Shown here: in pieces, positions 27,274-35,596 of the stretch | Layout of the letters: each line of letters opens with the position of its first letter | Numbering within the stretch: position 1 is the stretch's first letter | Origin: a virus | Lineage: Duplodnaviria; Caudoviricetes | IMG/VR virus record: IMGVR_UViG_3300037785_000045 | Span: 1-36,739 of that record | Strand: one strand, 5' to 3' | Length of the DNA: 36,739 nucleotides | Made by a program: the position numbers and the translations under genes | Notes under the pieces: model-generated | Seen by the model: only the letters and a program-made list of their open reading frames with translations | The model's database searches: none | Told to the model about the DNA's origin: nothing

Positions 27274-27408
27274 TTATTTCAGTATCCAAGCGCACGTTTC
27301 ATAACTGTAATTGCTATTGTCCACGCATTTTTGAATGTCTTCTTCGGTCGTGTCGCCTAACGCTAGTGCAGCAATAAATAGTGATAGTATTAATATAATG
27401 CGAATCAT
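27274..27408 (-). CDS. Small exported two-Cys peptide, 44 aa (not in ORF track)
   Basis: MIRIILILSLFIAALALGDTTEEDIQKCVDNSNYSYETCAWILK*; AGGAG RBS. Confidence 0.65.
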   Translation of the reverse strand: MIRIILILSLFIAALALGDTTEEDIQKCVDNSNYSYETCAWILK

Positions 27409-27530
27409 TTTTATGACTCCTTTCTTGTTTTATCGGCTGCCCATCCTGCTAGGGCATTTAATTATCCCACTTGATAAACCGATACTCTTTTAAAAATTAT
27501 AATCAAACATAAAGCAATCCGTATCATCGT

Positions 27531-27806
27531 TTACGGCCTTTTCACTAGTTCAATTTTGCGTGTTGCATCGTCCTGAATGGGGAACCAGTAACAATTCCAA
27601 TTTAAATAAATGTCTTCACCATCCACGCCAAGCACGCGCGCTCGATAGCGTATATCGCTGTTATAGCCTCCCCATAATTCGATAATGTCATCGGCTTCAA
27701 ATTGTGTTTTGTTATCCGCTTGTTTTAATCGTGTAAGCAGTCTATCAAGCGGGGCATGATTGCTGTTACTTGGTCTTCTTTTTTGTGTTAAGTCTATAAC
27801 GTCCAT
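27531..27806 (-). CDS. Hypothetical early protein
   Basis: GAGG RBS; 91 aa. Confidence 0.6.
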   Translation of the reverse strand: MDVIDLTQKRRPSNSNHAPLDRLLTRLKQADNKTQFEADDIIELWGGYNSDIRYRARVLGVDGEDIYLNWNCYWFPIQDDATRKIELVKRP

Positions 27807-27811
27807 TTTGT

Positions 27812-27982
27812 TTAATCCTCGATAAAGTTAAAAATCATATATTGATTACAACGTGTTACAATCTTGTATCCAATAGTTTTGTTATCTCTTTGAAAATTGC
27901 CGTACCAGTCCGACTTTATGCCTAACCACTTATGCACGCGATCAATGTTTCTTTGAGTCCATTTTACTTTTAATTTTCGCAT
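27812..27982 (-). CDS. Hypothetical basic early protein
   Basis: AAGGA RBS before the ATG at 27982 (MRKLKV). Confidence 0.55.
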   Translation of the reverse strand: MRKLKVKWTQRNIDRVHKWLGIKSDWYGNFQRDNKTIGYKIVTRCNQYMIFNFIED

Positions 27983-27986
27983 TGAA

Positions 27987-28484
27987 TTAATCCTTTCTTG
28001 TTTCAATCAAGTATTCAACGCCATATGCGCCTGCGTCATTTAAAATCGCTCTTACTTCATTTTGCGCTTGCTTCATGCGTTCAACAAAATTGGGCATTTT
28101 TTCCAGCGCCGATTCATATTTTGGCAAGCGTTCTTCATCAAGATAATATGCCTTTGCTCGTTCTTGTATGTTTTCCGCATTGATAATATTATCTTGTTCA
28201 TTGTCTTTATAGCCTAGCAAAATAGAAACGCTTTTATCTTGGCTTTCATGGCGCACAATAAGTTTAAACATTCCATAATCAGTGCCATAAGAAACACGGT
28301 ATTTTTCGCCTAGAATATCCTTTACTTTATTGGCATAGCGTTTTGTCATAGGTTTACCTTGCATGTCATAGGCCGCTTGCGTCATTGCTTCGGTTATTTC
28401 AATGTTTATTTTGCAATTCTCAATGCGTTCTTGCACTTGCTCAATCGCTGTTTTTGTGTCGTATCTTTTATATAAAAATTCCAT
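27987..28484 (-). CDS. Hypothetical early protein
   Basis: 165 aa; conserved leader motif upstream. Confidence 0.7.
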   Translation of the reverse strand: MEFLYKRYDTKTAIEQVQERIENCKINIEITEAMTQAAYDMQGKPMTKRYANKVKDILGEKYRVSYGTDYGMFKLIVRHESQDKSVSILLGYKDNEQDNIINAENIQERAKAYYLDEERLPKYESALEKMPNFVERMKQAQNEVRAILNDAGAYGVEYLIETRKD

Positions 28485-28526
28485 AATCTTTCTTTCCTTT
28501 TTGTTTTGTTGTGCCTCTTGGGGCGA

Positions 28527-28712
28527 TTAATAGTTCATTCCGTTGCAATCTAGCGCATGCAATACATTACTTTCATAATCCTCATATGCGCTCATCCAGT
28601 CATCAAATACATTGTGCTGCAATTCATAAAAAACATGATATTCATTAAAGTTATTTTTCTTGATACATATTTCTAAGCCATTAACTTCCGTTTTAATAAT
28701 CGTTTTAACCAT
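28527..28712 (-). CDS. Hypothetical early protein
   Basis: Conserved leader motif upstream. Confidence 0.6.
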   Translation of the reverse strand: MVKTIIKTEVNGLEICIKKNNFNEYHVFYELQHNVFDDWMSAYEDYESNVLHALDCNGMNY

Positions 28713-28754
28713 AATCTTTCCTTTACTTGTTTTGTTGTTGTGCTTTTTGGGGGG

Positions 28755-29129
28755 TTAGTAGTTAAATATCCAGTGTGTTACGGGGTTTTTACCATTCCGC
28801 AATAAGTCAATCCATATTCTTTTATTGTTAAACTTGTTTTTGTTTACTTGCCTTGCTACAAGCTCAATATGTTCTATAGGCGTATTAGGGGTAAATTCCA
28901 TAGTGTGAGCTATTTCATCCGTAAAATGTGATCCATTGTGAAAATTCAAGGTGAAACAATCTCTTAAAACACTACCGTTTTTAAATTTTTTTGCTATTTT
29001 TTCAGCGCCTTTTTTTGTTTCAAAATGCCAAGCATCCCTTATGTTATGTGTCAATCCGCAATCAATCTCGCTTTTACCGTGTTTGAAATAAGTATCAAAG
29101 CCTTTGTCGTTCACTTTTACAATATACAT
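28755..29129 (-). CDS. Hypothetical protein, first gene of the leftward arm
   Basis: AAGGAAAG RBS; promoter upstream. Confidence 0.65.
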   Translation of the reverse strand: MYIVKVNDKGFDTYFKHGKSEIDCGLTHNIRDAWHFETKKGAEKIAKKFKNGSVLRDCFTLNFHNGSHFTDEIAHTMEFTPNTPIEHIELVARQVNKNKFNNKRIWIDLLRNGKNPVTHWIFNY

Positions 29130-29187
29130 CTTACTTCTTTCCTTTTATGTTTTCGTTATTCAGCTCTTTCGTTCGGCTGATGTAAAC

Positions 29188-29216
29188 ACTTTACGTTTCT
29201 TTTCATCTTTTTACAA
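29188..29216 (-). promoter_or_regulatory. Sigma70-type early promoter
   Basis: TTGTAA-17 nt-TAAAGT at the head of the leftward arm. Confidence 0.55.
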
Positions 29217-29390
29217 ATACTTTTTTCGAATACCTGCTATGCATTTTCTGCATATCGAGCATTTCAATACATAACTTGGTATTTTCTCAACTTTTATAGG
29301 GCATGAAGATATCTTCAAGTTACGAAAAGTTAATGTTTCGATGAAGAAAACTTCCATTACATAATCTTGTAATATTATTGTTTTCGGCGT

Positions 29391-29724
29391 TATGGTAAAA
29401 AAACCTAACACATTGCCGTTAGAAATCATCCCGTTTTTACCCTTTATTTTCAATAGCATTTTAAATATGGTAAAAAACCTAACGGATCTAACACATTTTT
29501 CCTATATCTTTGTGAAAAAATGGTTGTTTGTTGTCTATGTATAGTATGTTATGGAAAACTATTTATATTCGTTAAGGTTACTTTTTTCTGTTAGGTGTTA
29601 GAAATAGGTAAAAAGGGCAATGAAAACAATAACTTAGCGACCTAACGGATGGTGTTAGGTTATCCGTTAGGTCATTTACATATTTAAAACCTTATTGATA
29701 TTAAATGCGTTTTTGACCTAACGG
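29391..29724. repeat. Cluster of direct and inverted (C)CTAAC/GTTAG(G) repeats; candidate replication origin
   Basis: TATGGTAAAAAA(A)CCTAAC at 29391 and 29466; 12-bp inverted repeat GACCTAACGGAT (29639-29650) / ATCCGTTAGGTC (29662-29673); GACCTAACGG at 29715. Confidence 0.65.
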
Positions 29725-29829
29725 TAGTTTTCTTCATGTAGTGTTTCTGGCATATATGGAAAACAATAGACTGGAAAAAAGGCAAGTTATATATAAAGCC
29801 AAGGCAATCCGCGCCTTACACTGTAATTC

Positions 29830-29883
29830 GTCTCAATAGGGTAGACTTGCTGCGACTGTATTTTGAGGCAACCCTATTGAGAC
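29830..29883. repeat. 13-bp perfect inverted repeat
   Basis: GTCTCAATAGGGT (29830-29842) / ACCCTATTGAGAC (29871-29883). Confidence 0.8.
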
Positions 29884-30135
29884 AGATGCAAGGCGTTTTG
29901 ATATTCTCATTAAACCTAGGTCTATTGATACAGGGGGGAGGGGTTAATATTATTTCACGTTTTCAAAAGGCACCCCCCACCCCCAAGACCGCCACCATGT
30001 CGGTTCGATATATATCAAACCCCATCTAAAATTTATCTCATATTTTTGAAGTGTTTCCATAACATGCCTTGTGTAGAATGCGACGGTGATATATAGTGAT
30101 ATATAGGATTGGCGAAGTGATATAGGATTATATAT

Positions 30136-30531
30136 ATGCACAAGATGGAAGAAGAAGAATTACAGGCGCTCTTGGCTGAGGGGATGGATTATGAGACGGC
30201 ATGTGGTATTGCTGGGATCAGTGAGAAGCAGCGAGAGGCGATGGCGCGGAGTAAGGGGATTGAGGATTTAGAGGATAGCTTGGGTGCGCTTGATGATATG
30301 AGTGAGAGCGCGTTGATTGAGGTGAATGGTGGGTTGGCGATAAAGGTAGTCAATCGGGCGTTATTGCGGGGTGTTAGTGGGGATATTGACGCTACGGTGT
30401 TGAACGCTGCTGTGAGGGCTGTTAGTATGTTAGAGAGTAAGCGTAAGGATGAGGGTGACGTGGATGTTGCCGATGATATATTGCGTTGGGTTGAAGAACA
30501 GATGAATGCGGATAACGAGGCAGAGGAGTAA
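30136..30531 (+). CDS. Putative terminase small subunit
   Basis: First gene of the rightward arm; N-terminal HTH-like 'GMDYETACGIAGIS'; upstream of terL. Confidence 0.55.
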   Translation: MHKMEEEELQALLAEGMDYETACGIAGISEKQREAMARSKGIEDLEDSLGALDDMSESALIEVNGGLAIKVVNRALLRGVSGDIDATVLNAAVRAVSMLESKRKDEGDVDVADDILRWVEEQMNADNEAEE

Positions 30532-30536
30532 TTGTT

Positions 30537-30845
30537 ATGGCGAATGAAGTTGTGATTGGTGAGTTTAAGCGCCCTGAGGTATTGGTACAGGGTGGTGTGT
30601 TGCCAGTGTATGGTGAGTTGGTAACGAGTCAGGTGTTGGATATTGCGGAAAAGAGTTCTGCGGTGAGCGCTGGTGTATCGATGGTACGAGTTGCGAGCAA
30701 GGGAACGGCGTTTTGGTTTAAGGTTGGGGATTCGGATGTGAGTGCTGCTGCGAACACGGCTGGTAATATTTATGTGCCAGCGGATGGTCACGTGGATATA
30801 CAGGTGCGCTCTGGGGATTATATTGATACGGCTGCGGATGCGTAA
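30537..30845 (+). CDS. Hypothetical beta-rich protein
   Basis: GAGGAG RBS; lies between terS and terL. Confidence 0.65.
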   Translation: MANEVVIGEFKRPEVLVQGGVLPVYGELVTSQVLDIAEKSSAVSAGVSMVRVASKGTAFWFKVGDSDVSAAANTAGNIYVPADGHVDIQVRSGDYIDTAADA

Positions 30846-30848
30846 TGC

Positions 30849-32384
30849 ATGGACAACCTGAGTTATCTCACGGCGCGGGAGTGTTTATCGGATCAGTCGT
30901 GGCGTTTGAGTCACCTGTATCGGATTAAGGACGCTCAGGGCCGTGATGTTGTGTTTAAGCCGAACGCGGCACAGGCGGCGTTTCTGGGTGAGATGCACGA
31001 GCTGAATGTGATCTTGAAAGCGCGTCAGCTGGGGTTTAGTACGTTTATTCTGATATATCTGCTGGATTGTTGTTTATTTAAGAGCCACACGAGCGCTGGT
31101 GTTATTGCACAGGGTTTGGTTGAGGCTGAGGATTTGTTCACGAACAAGGTGAAGTTTGCGTATGAGCGGCTGCCGAATTGGTTAAGGACGCGCCGTAGAG
31201 CTGTGAGTGACAACGCGAGGGAGTTGGTGTTTAGCAATGGCAGCTCGATCAAGGTGGGAACGAGTTTGCGTGGTGGTACGTTTCAGCTGCTGCACGTGAG
31301 TGAGTATGGTAAGATAGCGGCGCGTTATCCAGAGAAAGCGATTGAGATTAAGACGGGTGCGTTGAATACGGTACACGTTGGGCAGAAGATATTTATTGAA
31401 TCGACTGCGGAGGGGCAGAGTGGTGAGTTCTTCGACTTGGTGCAGAGGGCTGAGCGGTTAAAGGCTGCTGGTGGTACGCTGTCGCCACTCGATCCGAAAT
31501 TGCACTTCTATGGGTGGAACTGGAATGATGGGTATCGCCTGAGTCAGGATGTGAGTATCACGCAGGAGATGGAGGACTACTTCGCGGAGTTGCCGTTTGA
31601 GTTAGAGCCAGAGCAGAAGGCGTGGTATGTGAAGAAGGCTGAGCAGCAGGGCGAGTATATGAAGCGCGAGTATCCGTCACTGCCGAAGGAGGCGTTTGAG
31701 AAGACGCTGGAGGGTGCGATCTATGTGGAGCAGATGGCGAAGGTTCGGGCGAGTGGTCAGATAGGACACTACCCGCACGATGCGAGCAGGAGGGTGACCA
31801 CGTTCTGGGATTTAGGGCGTGGCAGTGATATGACGGTGATATGGTTCTTCCAGAACATAGACGGGCGCTGGACGATGATTGACTACCATGAGAGCAGCAA
31901 CGAGGGGTGGGCGTATTATGCGTCACTGCTGGCGAATAAGGGGTATGTGTATCAGGAACACGTATTGCCTTGGGATGGCGCGAATAGGCAGAGTGGTAAA
32001 GAGATTACCACGGCGCGTCAGGACTTGCAGGAACTTGGGATTAAGCCGATACGGATTGTCAGCAAGACGAAGAATATGTGGAGCGATATTAAGGGTAAGT
32101 GTCGCAGCACGTTGACGCGGATACACTTCGATGAAAAGAAATGTATTGCTGGGATACGCCATCTTGATAACTACCGCAGAGAGTGGGATGATAAACTGTC
32201 GGTATGGAAGGATAGACCACGCCATGATGATGCGTCACACGGAGCGGATGCGTTCAGGACGTTCGCGATGGGGTACAGGGAAGATGAGTCGGAGTATTAT
32301 GGTCAGCCGCGATACGAGCAGGGCGTAATAGGATATGATGCTGTGGGCTATGAACAGGAAGAATATGACCCACTTGATTGGTGA
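30849..32384 (+). CDS. terL: Terminase large subunit
   Basis: 'ILKARQLGFST', 'LHVSE', 'IESTAEG', nuclease 'WDLG' and 'HDDASHGADAFR'. Confidence 0.95.
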   Translation: MDNLSYLTARECLSDQSWRLSHLYRIKDAQGRDVVFKPNAAQAAFLGEMHELNVILKARQLGFSTFILIYLLDCCLFKSHTSAGVIAQGLVEAEDLFTNKVKFAYERLPNWLRTRRRAVSDNARELVFSNGSSIKVGTSLRGGTFQLLHVSEYGKIAARYPEKAIEIKTGALNTVHVGQKIFIESTAEGQSGEFFDLVQRAERLKAAGGTLSPLDPKLHFYGWNWNDGYRLSQDVSITQEMEDYFAELPFELEPEQKAWYVKKAEQQGEYMKREYPSLPKEAFEKTLEGAIYVEQMAKVRASGQIGHYPHDASRRVTTFWDLGRGSDMTVIWFFQNIDGRWTMIDYHESSNEGWAYYASLLANKGYVYQEHVLPWDGANRQSGKEITTARQDLQELGIKPIRIVSKTKNMWSDIKGKCRSTLTRIHFDEKKCIAGIRHLDNYRREWDDKLSVWKDRPRHDDASHGADAFRTFAMGYREDESEYYGQPRYEQGVIGYDAVGYEQEEYDPLDW

Positions 32385-32439
32385 TAAAGCGCGTGCTAGA
32401 CTGAGTTAGAGAACAGTAATATAGTAAGGGTAAAATATT

Positions 32440-32670
32440 ATGTCAGCGTTCAATCCGTTTGCGAAACCTAAAACTCCATCCATACCAACGCCCCCTCCTC
32501 CTCCACCAGCGCCTACGATGAGCGATGAAGAAGTTGGGGCAGCGCAGGAAGCTGAGAAGCAGAAGCGTGCAGCGAGGGCGGGCAGAGCGTCCACGATTTT
32601 AACGTCACGCCGTGGTGTTATGGGTGATGATAGCGCTGGAGTTGCCACGAAGAAATTACTTGGGGGATAA
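32440..32670 (+). CDS. Small Pro-rich virion/assembly protein
   Basis: Poly-Pro, 'GRASTILT' and 'KKLLG'; typical of the gene preceding the portal in such podoviruses. Confidence 0.7.
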   Translation: MSAFNPFAKPKTPSIPTPPPPPPAPTMSDEEVGAAQEAEKQKRAARAGRASTILTSRRGVMGDDSAGVATKKLLGG

Positions 32671-32673
32671 GAT

Positions 32674-34284
32674 ATGGGATTAGCGGATGATCTGATGCAG
32701 AAGAACGAGGAGCTGAAAAATCAGCGTTCCTCGTTTGAGACGCACTGGCAGGAAGTGGCTGAGTTTATCTTCCCGAGGGCTGATGAGTTTTATGGCGGTA
32801 ATAAATCGCCTGGGGAGAAACGCACACGCAAGCGGTTTGATGATACGGCGGTGTTAGCGCTTAACCATGGGGCGGCTGCGATTGAAAGTATTGTATCTCC
32901 GCGTGGTCAGAAGTGGCACGGGATTGGTGTTCCTGATAGTTTAAGTGGAGACCATGAAGCGTTGATATGGGCTGACAGGGTGAGAGACTTCTTGTTCGCT
33001 AAGCGGTATTCAGCGCTGACGAATTTTGCGTCACAGATGCACGAGGTTTATTTATCGCTGTTGGCGTTTGGTACGGGCGTGATGGTTCTTGAGGATATGC
33101 TTGATGGGACGATCCGTTACAAGAGTGGTCACGTAGCTGAGCATTGCTTCATGGAGAACGCGAAGGGTCGTATTGATACGGTTTATCGTGATTACAAAAT
33201 GACAGCGCGTCAGGCGGTTGAGCGTTTTGGCTCTAAGGCGTGTGAGAAAATCCAAAAGGCGATGGAAAAGAATCCGTCAGAGAAATTTGAGTTTCTACAT
33301 GTGGTGCAGCCCGATGTTGATAATGAAACAGAGGGAGAGTTCGCGAGTTACCATGTATGTAAAACGTCCAATCAGATTATGGGCATTGGTTTTTACAGAA
33401 CGTTTCCGTATATTATATCGCGCTGGACGACATCGCCGAATGAGATATATGGGCGTAGTCCTGCGATGGATTCCTTGGCTGAGGTCAAGATGCTGAACCA
33501 GATTCGTAAGACGGATTTGAGGGCGCGTCACATGGCGGTTGATCCTCCAATATTAGCAGCAGACCAGAGCCGCGTGAGGAAGTTCAACAACAGGCCTGGG
33601 GCGATTAACTACGGCACGATTGATGAGGCGACAGGCGCTCCGTTGATGCGCCCGTATATGAGTGGAACGAATATTTCAACATCGAACGACACGATGAATC
33701 AGAGCCGTGAGTTTATTAACAGGTCGTTTTTCTTGAATCTATTTCAGATTTTGGTGGACACGCCTCAGATGACAGCGACAGAGGTATTGGAGCGTGCGAA
33801 TGAAAAAGGCCAGTTGCTCACCCCGACTGCTGGTCGTCAGATGCATGAACTGCTCCAGCCGATGATTATGCGTGAGATTGACATATATGAGTCGTATGGG
33901 GTGTTTGAGGATGATGGGCCGTTAGCGATGCCGCAGGGTGTTAAGGATATGGGTGGTGAGTATGAGGTTATTTATACGAACCCATTGAGCCGTATGCAGA
34001 AATCCGAGGAAGCGCTGGGTACAGAGAGAACGTTGCAGTCGTTATTGCCGTTGATGCAGATCGACCCATCGCTGGCTGACATGCTTGACTTGCAGGAATA
34101 TGCGAATATCATGAGAGAGAGCAACGGCGCACCAGCGCGTTTATTTAAATCACCAGAGGATATGCAGGCGGTTCAGCAGCAGAAACAGCAACAGGCACAG
34201 ATGCAGCAGATGATTGATGCTGCACCACAGGTTGCTGGTGCGATTAAGGATGTTGCACAGGCGCAGAGCTACACAGGGGAGTAA
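32674..34284 (+). CDS. Portal (head-to-tail connector, T7 gp8-like)
   Basis: 'WQEVAEFIFP', 'AFGTG', 'RW....EIYGRSP', 'MTATEV.ER..E' and a Gln-rich C-terminus. Confidence 0.93.
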   Translation: MGLADDLMQKNEELKNQRSSFETHWQEVAEFIFPRADEFYGGNKSPGEKRTRKRFDDTAVLALNHGAAAIESIVSPRGQKWHGIGVPDSLSGDHEALIWADRVRDFLFAKRYSALTNFASQMHEVYLSLLAFGTGVMVLEDMLDGTIRYKSGHVAEHCFMENAKGRIDTVYRDYKMTARQAVERFGSKACEKIQKAMEKNPSEKFEFLHVVQPDVDNETEGEFASYHVCKTSNQIMGIGFYRTFPYIISRWTTSPNEIYGRSPAMDSLAEVKMLNQIRKTDLRARHMAVDPPILAADQSRVRKFNNRPGAINYGTIDEATGAPLMRPYMSGTNISTSNDTMNQSREFINRSFFLNLFQILVDTPQMTATEVLERANEKGQLLTPTAGRQMHELLQPMIMREIDIYESYGVFEDDGPLAMPQGVKDMGGEYEVIYTNPLSRMQKSEEALGTERTLQSLLPLMQIDPSLADMLDLQEYANIMRESNGAPARLFKSPEDMQAVQQQKQQQAQMQQMIDAAPQVAGAIKDVAQAQSYTGE

Positions 34285-34287
34285 CAC

Positions 34288-34533
34288 ATGCCAAGGAAGA
34301 AGACGAGCGAGCTACAGGGCGATTACCGCGCTGTGCTAGGAAATGACAGGGCTACGGATGTTATCGCTGACCTTCGTGTGTTTTGTCATGCGACCAAGAC
34401 GACATACCGAGACAACCCAGTTGAGATGGCGCGTATGGAAGGTAGGCGTGAAGTATTCTTGCGTATTATGAGTATGCTCAAGGTAGATTTTGGCGAGGTG
34501 TATGATTATGACTTCGATGAATTAGATTATTAA
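34288..34533 (+). CDS. Bbp19-like small protein
   Basis: 'V.ADL..FC' and 'A..EGRREV.LRI'; lies between portal and scaffold. Confidence 0.7.
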   Translation: MPRKKTSELQGDYRAVLGNDRATDVIADLRVFCHATKTTYRDNPVEMARMEGRREVFLRIMSMLKVDFGEVYDYDFDELDY

Positions 34534-34551
34534 CCAAAGAGGAGAACGATA

Positions 34552-35427
34552 ATGGAAAACCAAACAGAAGCCCCTATTGAGGCAGAGGCACAGGAAACTG
34601 CGCCAGTTGCGGATACAGGCCAAGCGGAACAGTCTAGCAATGACGCTGCTTGGTATGGAACGTTTGACGATGAACTAAAGGGATATATCCAGAATAAAGG
34701 CTGGGATGATCCGATGAAAGCGGTTAAGTCGTATCAGGAGCTAGAGAAGTTTCGTGGTGCGAACGAGGATCAGCTCTTGAAGTTGCCAAGCGATCCAGCG
34801 GCAGAAGGTGCGTATGACGAGATTTGGAATAAGCTTGGTCGTCCGAGTGATGCGAAAGAGTACAAGGTTGAATTTGAAGGTGATATCAAGGTTGACGATG
34901 AGCGCCTATCCAAGTATGCGGATGTTGCTCACAAGGTTGGATTAACTCAGAGTCAGTTTGAAGCGCTTGCGAAGGTTGACGCTGAGTATATGGGTGCGAT
35001 TCAGTCCGCACAGTTGGAGCAGGTACAGCAGAAGCAGGAGCAGGAATATCAGGCGCTTAGAGCCGAGTGGGGCAACAACGCTGATGAGCGTGAGGAGTTA
35101 TCACGCCGTGGCTTAAAATATGTTTTGCCAAGTGGAGCGGATGCTGATGAAATGGTAGCTGCGATTGAACAAGCTATTGGTACTGCGGCAACGCTTAAAC
35201 TGTTTGCGAATGTCGGAGAGCGCATGGCGAAGGAAGATCGTATTCCGTCCACAGCAGATGGTGATCGTCCTTACGGTTATACACGTGAACAGGCGCTTGC
35301 AGACCGCCGAGCATTGATGAATGAGCTTAGTGGAAGCCCTGAGCGCTTGAACGTTTATAACACTGGCAAGGGAACGGACTATGAGAAGATGTCACGTTTC
35401 AACAAGATAATTGCTGGTGAAGGTTGA
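34552..35427 (+). CDS. Capsid scaffolding protein
   Basis: Acidic N-terminus, 'KSY.ELEK', 'KLGRP', 'GLT.SQ' and 'L..EWG'; upstream of MCP. Confidence 0.8.
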   Translation: MENQTEAPIEAEAQETAPVADTGQAEQSSNDAAWYGTFDDELKGYIQNKGWDDPMKAVKSYQELEKFRGANEDQLLKLPSDPAAEGAYDEIWNKLGRPSDAKEYKVEFEGDIKVDDERLSKYADVAHKVGLTQSQFEALAKVDAEYMGAIQSAQLEQVQQKQEQEYQALRAEWGNNADEREELSRRGLKYVLPSGADADEMVAAIEQAIGTAATLKLFANVGERMAKEDRIPSTADGDRPYGYTREQALADRRALMNELSGSPERLNVYNTGKGTDYEKMSRFNKIIAGEG

Positions 35428-35458
35428 TATTAAGCAAAACATAATATATTATTATGTT
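35424..35458 (+). promoter_or_regulatory. Sigma70-type promoter for the capsid gene, overlapped by a palindromic operator-like site
   Basis: TTGATA (35424-35429)-17 nt-TATTAT (35447-35452); AACATAATA-TAT-TATTATGTT at 35438-35458. Confidence 0.6.
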
Positions 35459-35462
35459 AGTG

Positions 35463-35552
35463 GTCAGATAAGGTGTTTCCTACCCCTGACGTTACACGAA
35501 AAGGATTGCACCGTCCTATAGGTGTAGGGAACGCCCCCTGTAAAGGGATAAG
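35463..35552 (+). ncRNA. Structured RNA leader upstream of the major capsid gene
   Basis: 12-bp stem with 2 G-U pairs (35472-35483 / 35524-35535), an inner hairpin, and a CCCT-GTAA-AGGG GNRA hairpin. Confidence 0.5.
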
Positions 35553-35596
35553 CGATACTGAATTGGTTTTTTAATTATTAACTAAGAGGTATCATA

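Noticed and set aside
29211-29459. 82-aa ORF sharing the peptide KCIAGIR with TerL
   Set aside because: It overlaps the promoter and repeat region with no clear RBS, and the codons differ at synonymous sites. A 7-residue match across six frames of 37 kb is plausible by chance.
29391-29724. CRISPR array
   Set aside because: Repeats are short, irregularly spaced and in both orientations; no cas genes.
30189-33531. Long antisense ORFs opposite terS, terL and portal
   Set aside because: Shadow ORFs favoured by the strong strand skew; no RBS or recognisable motifs.
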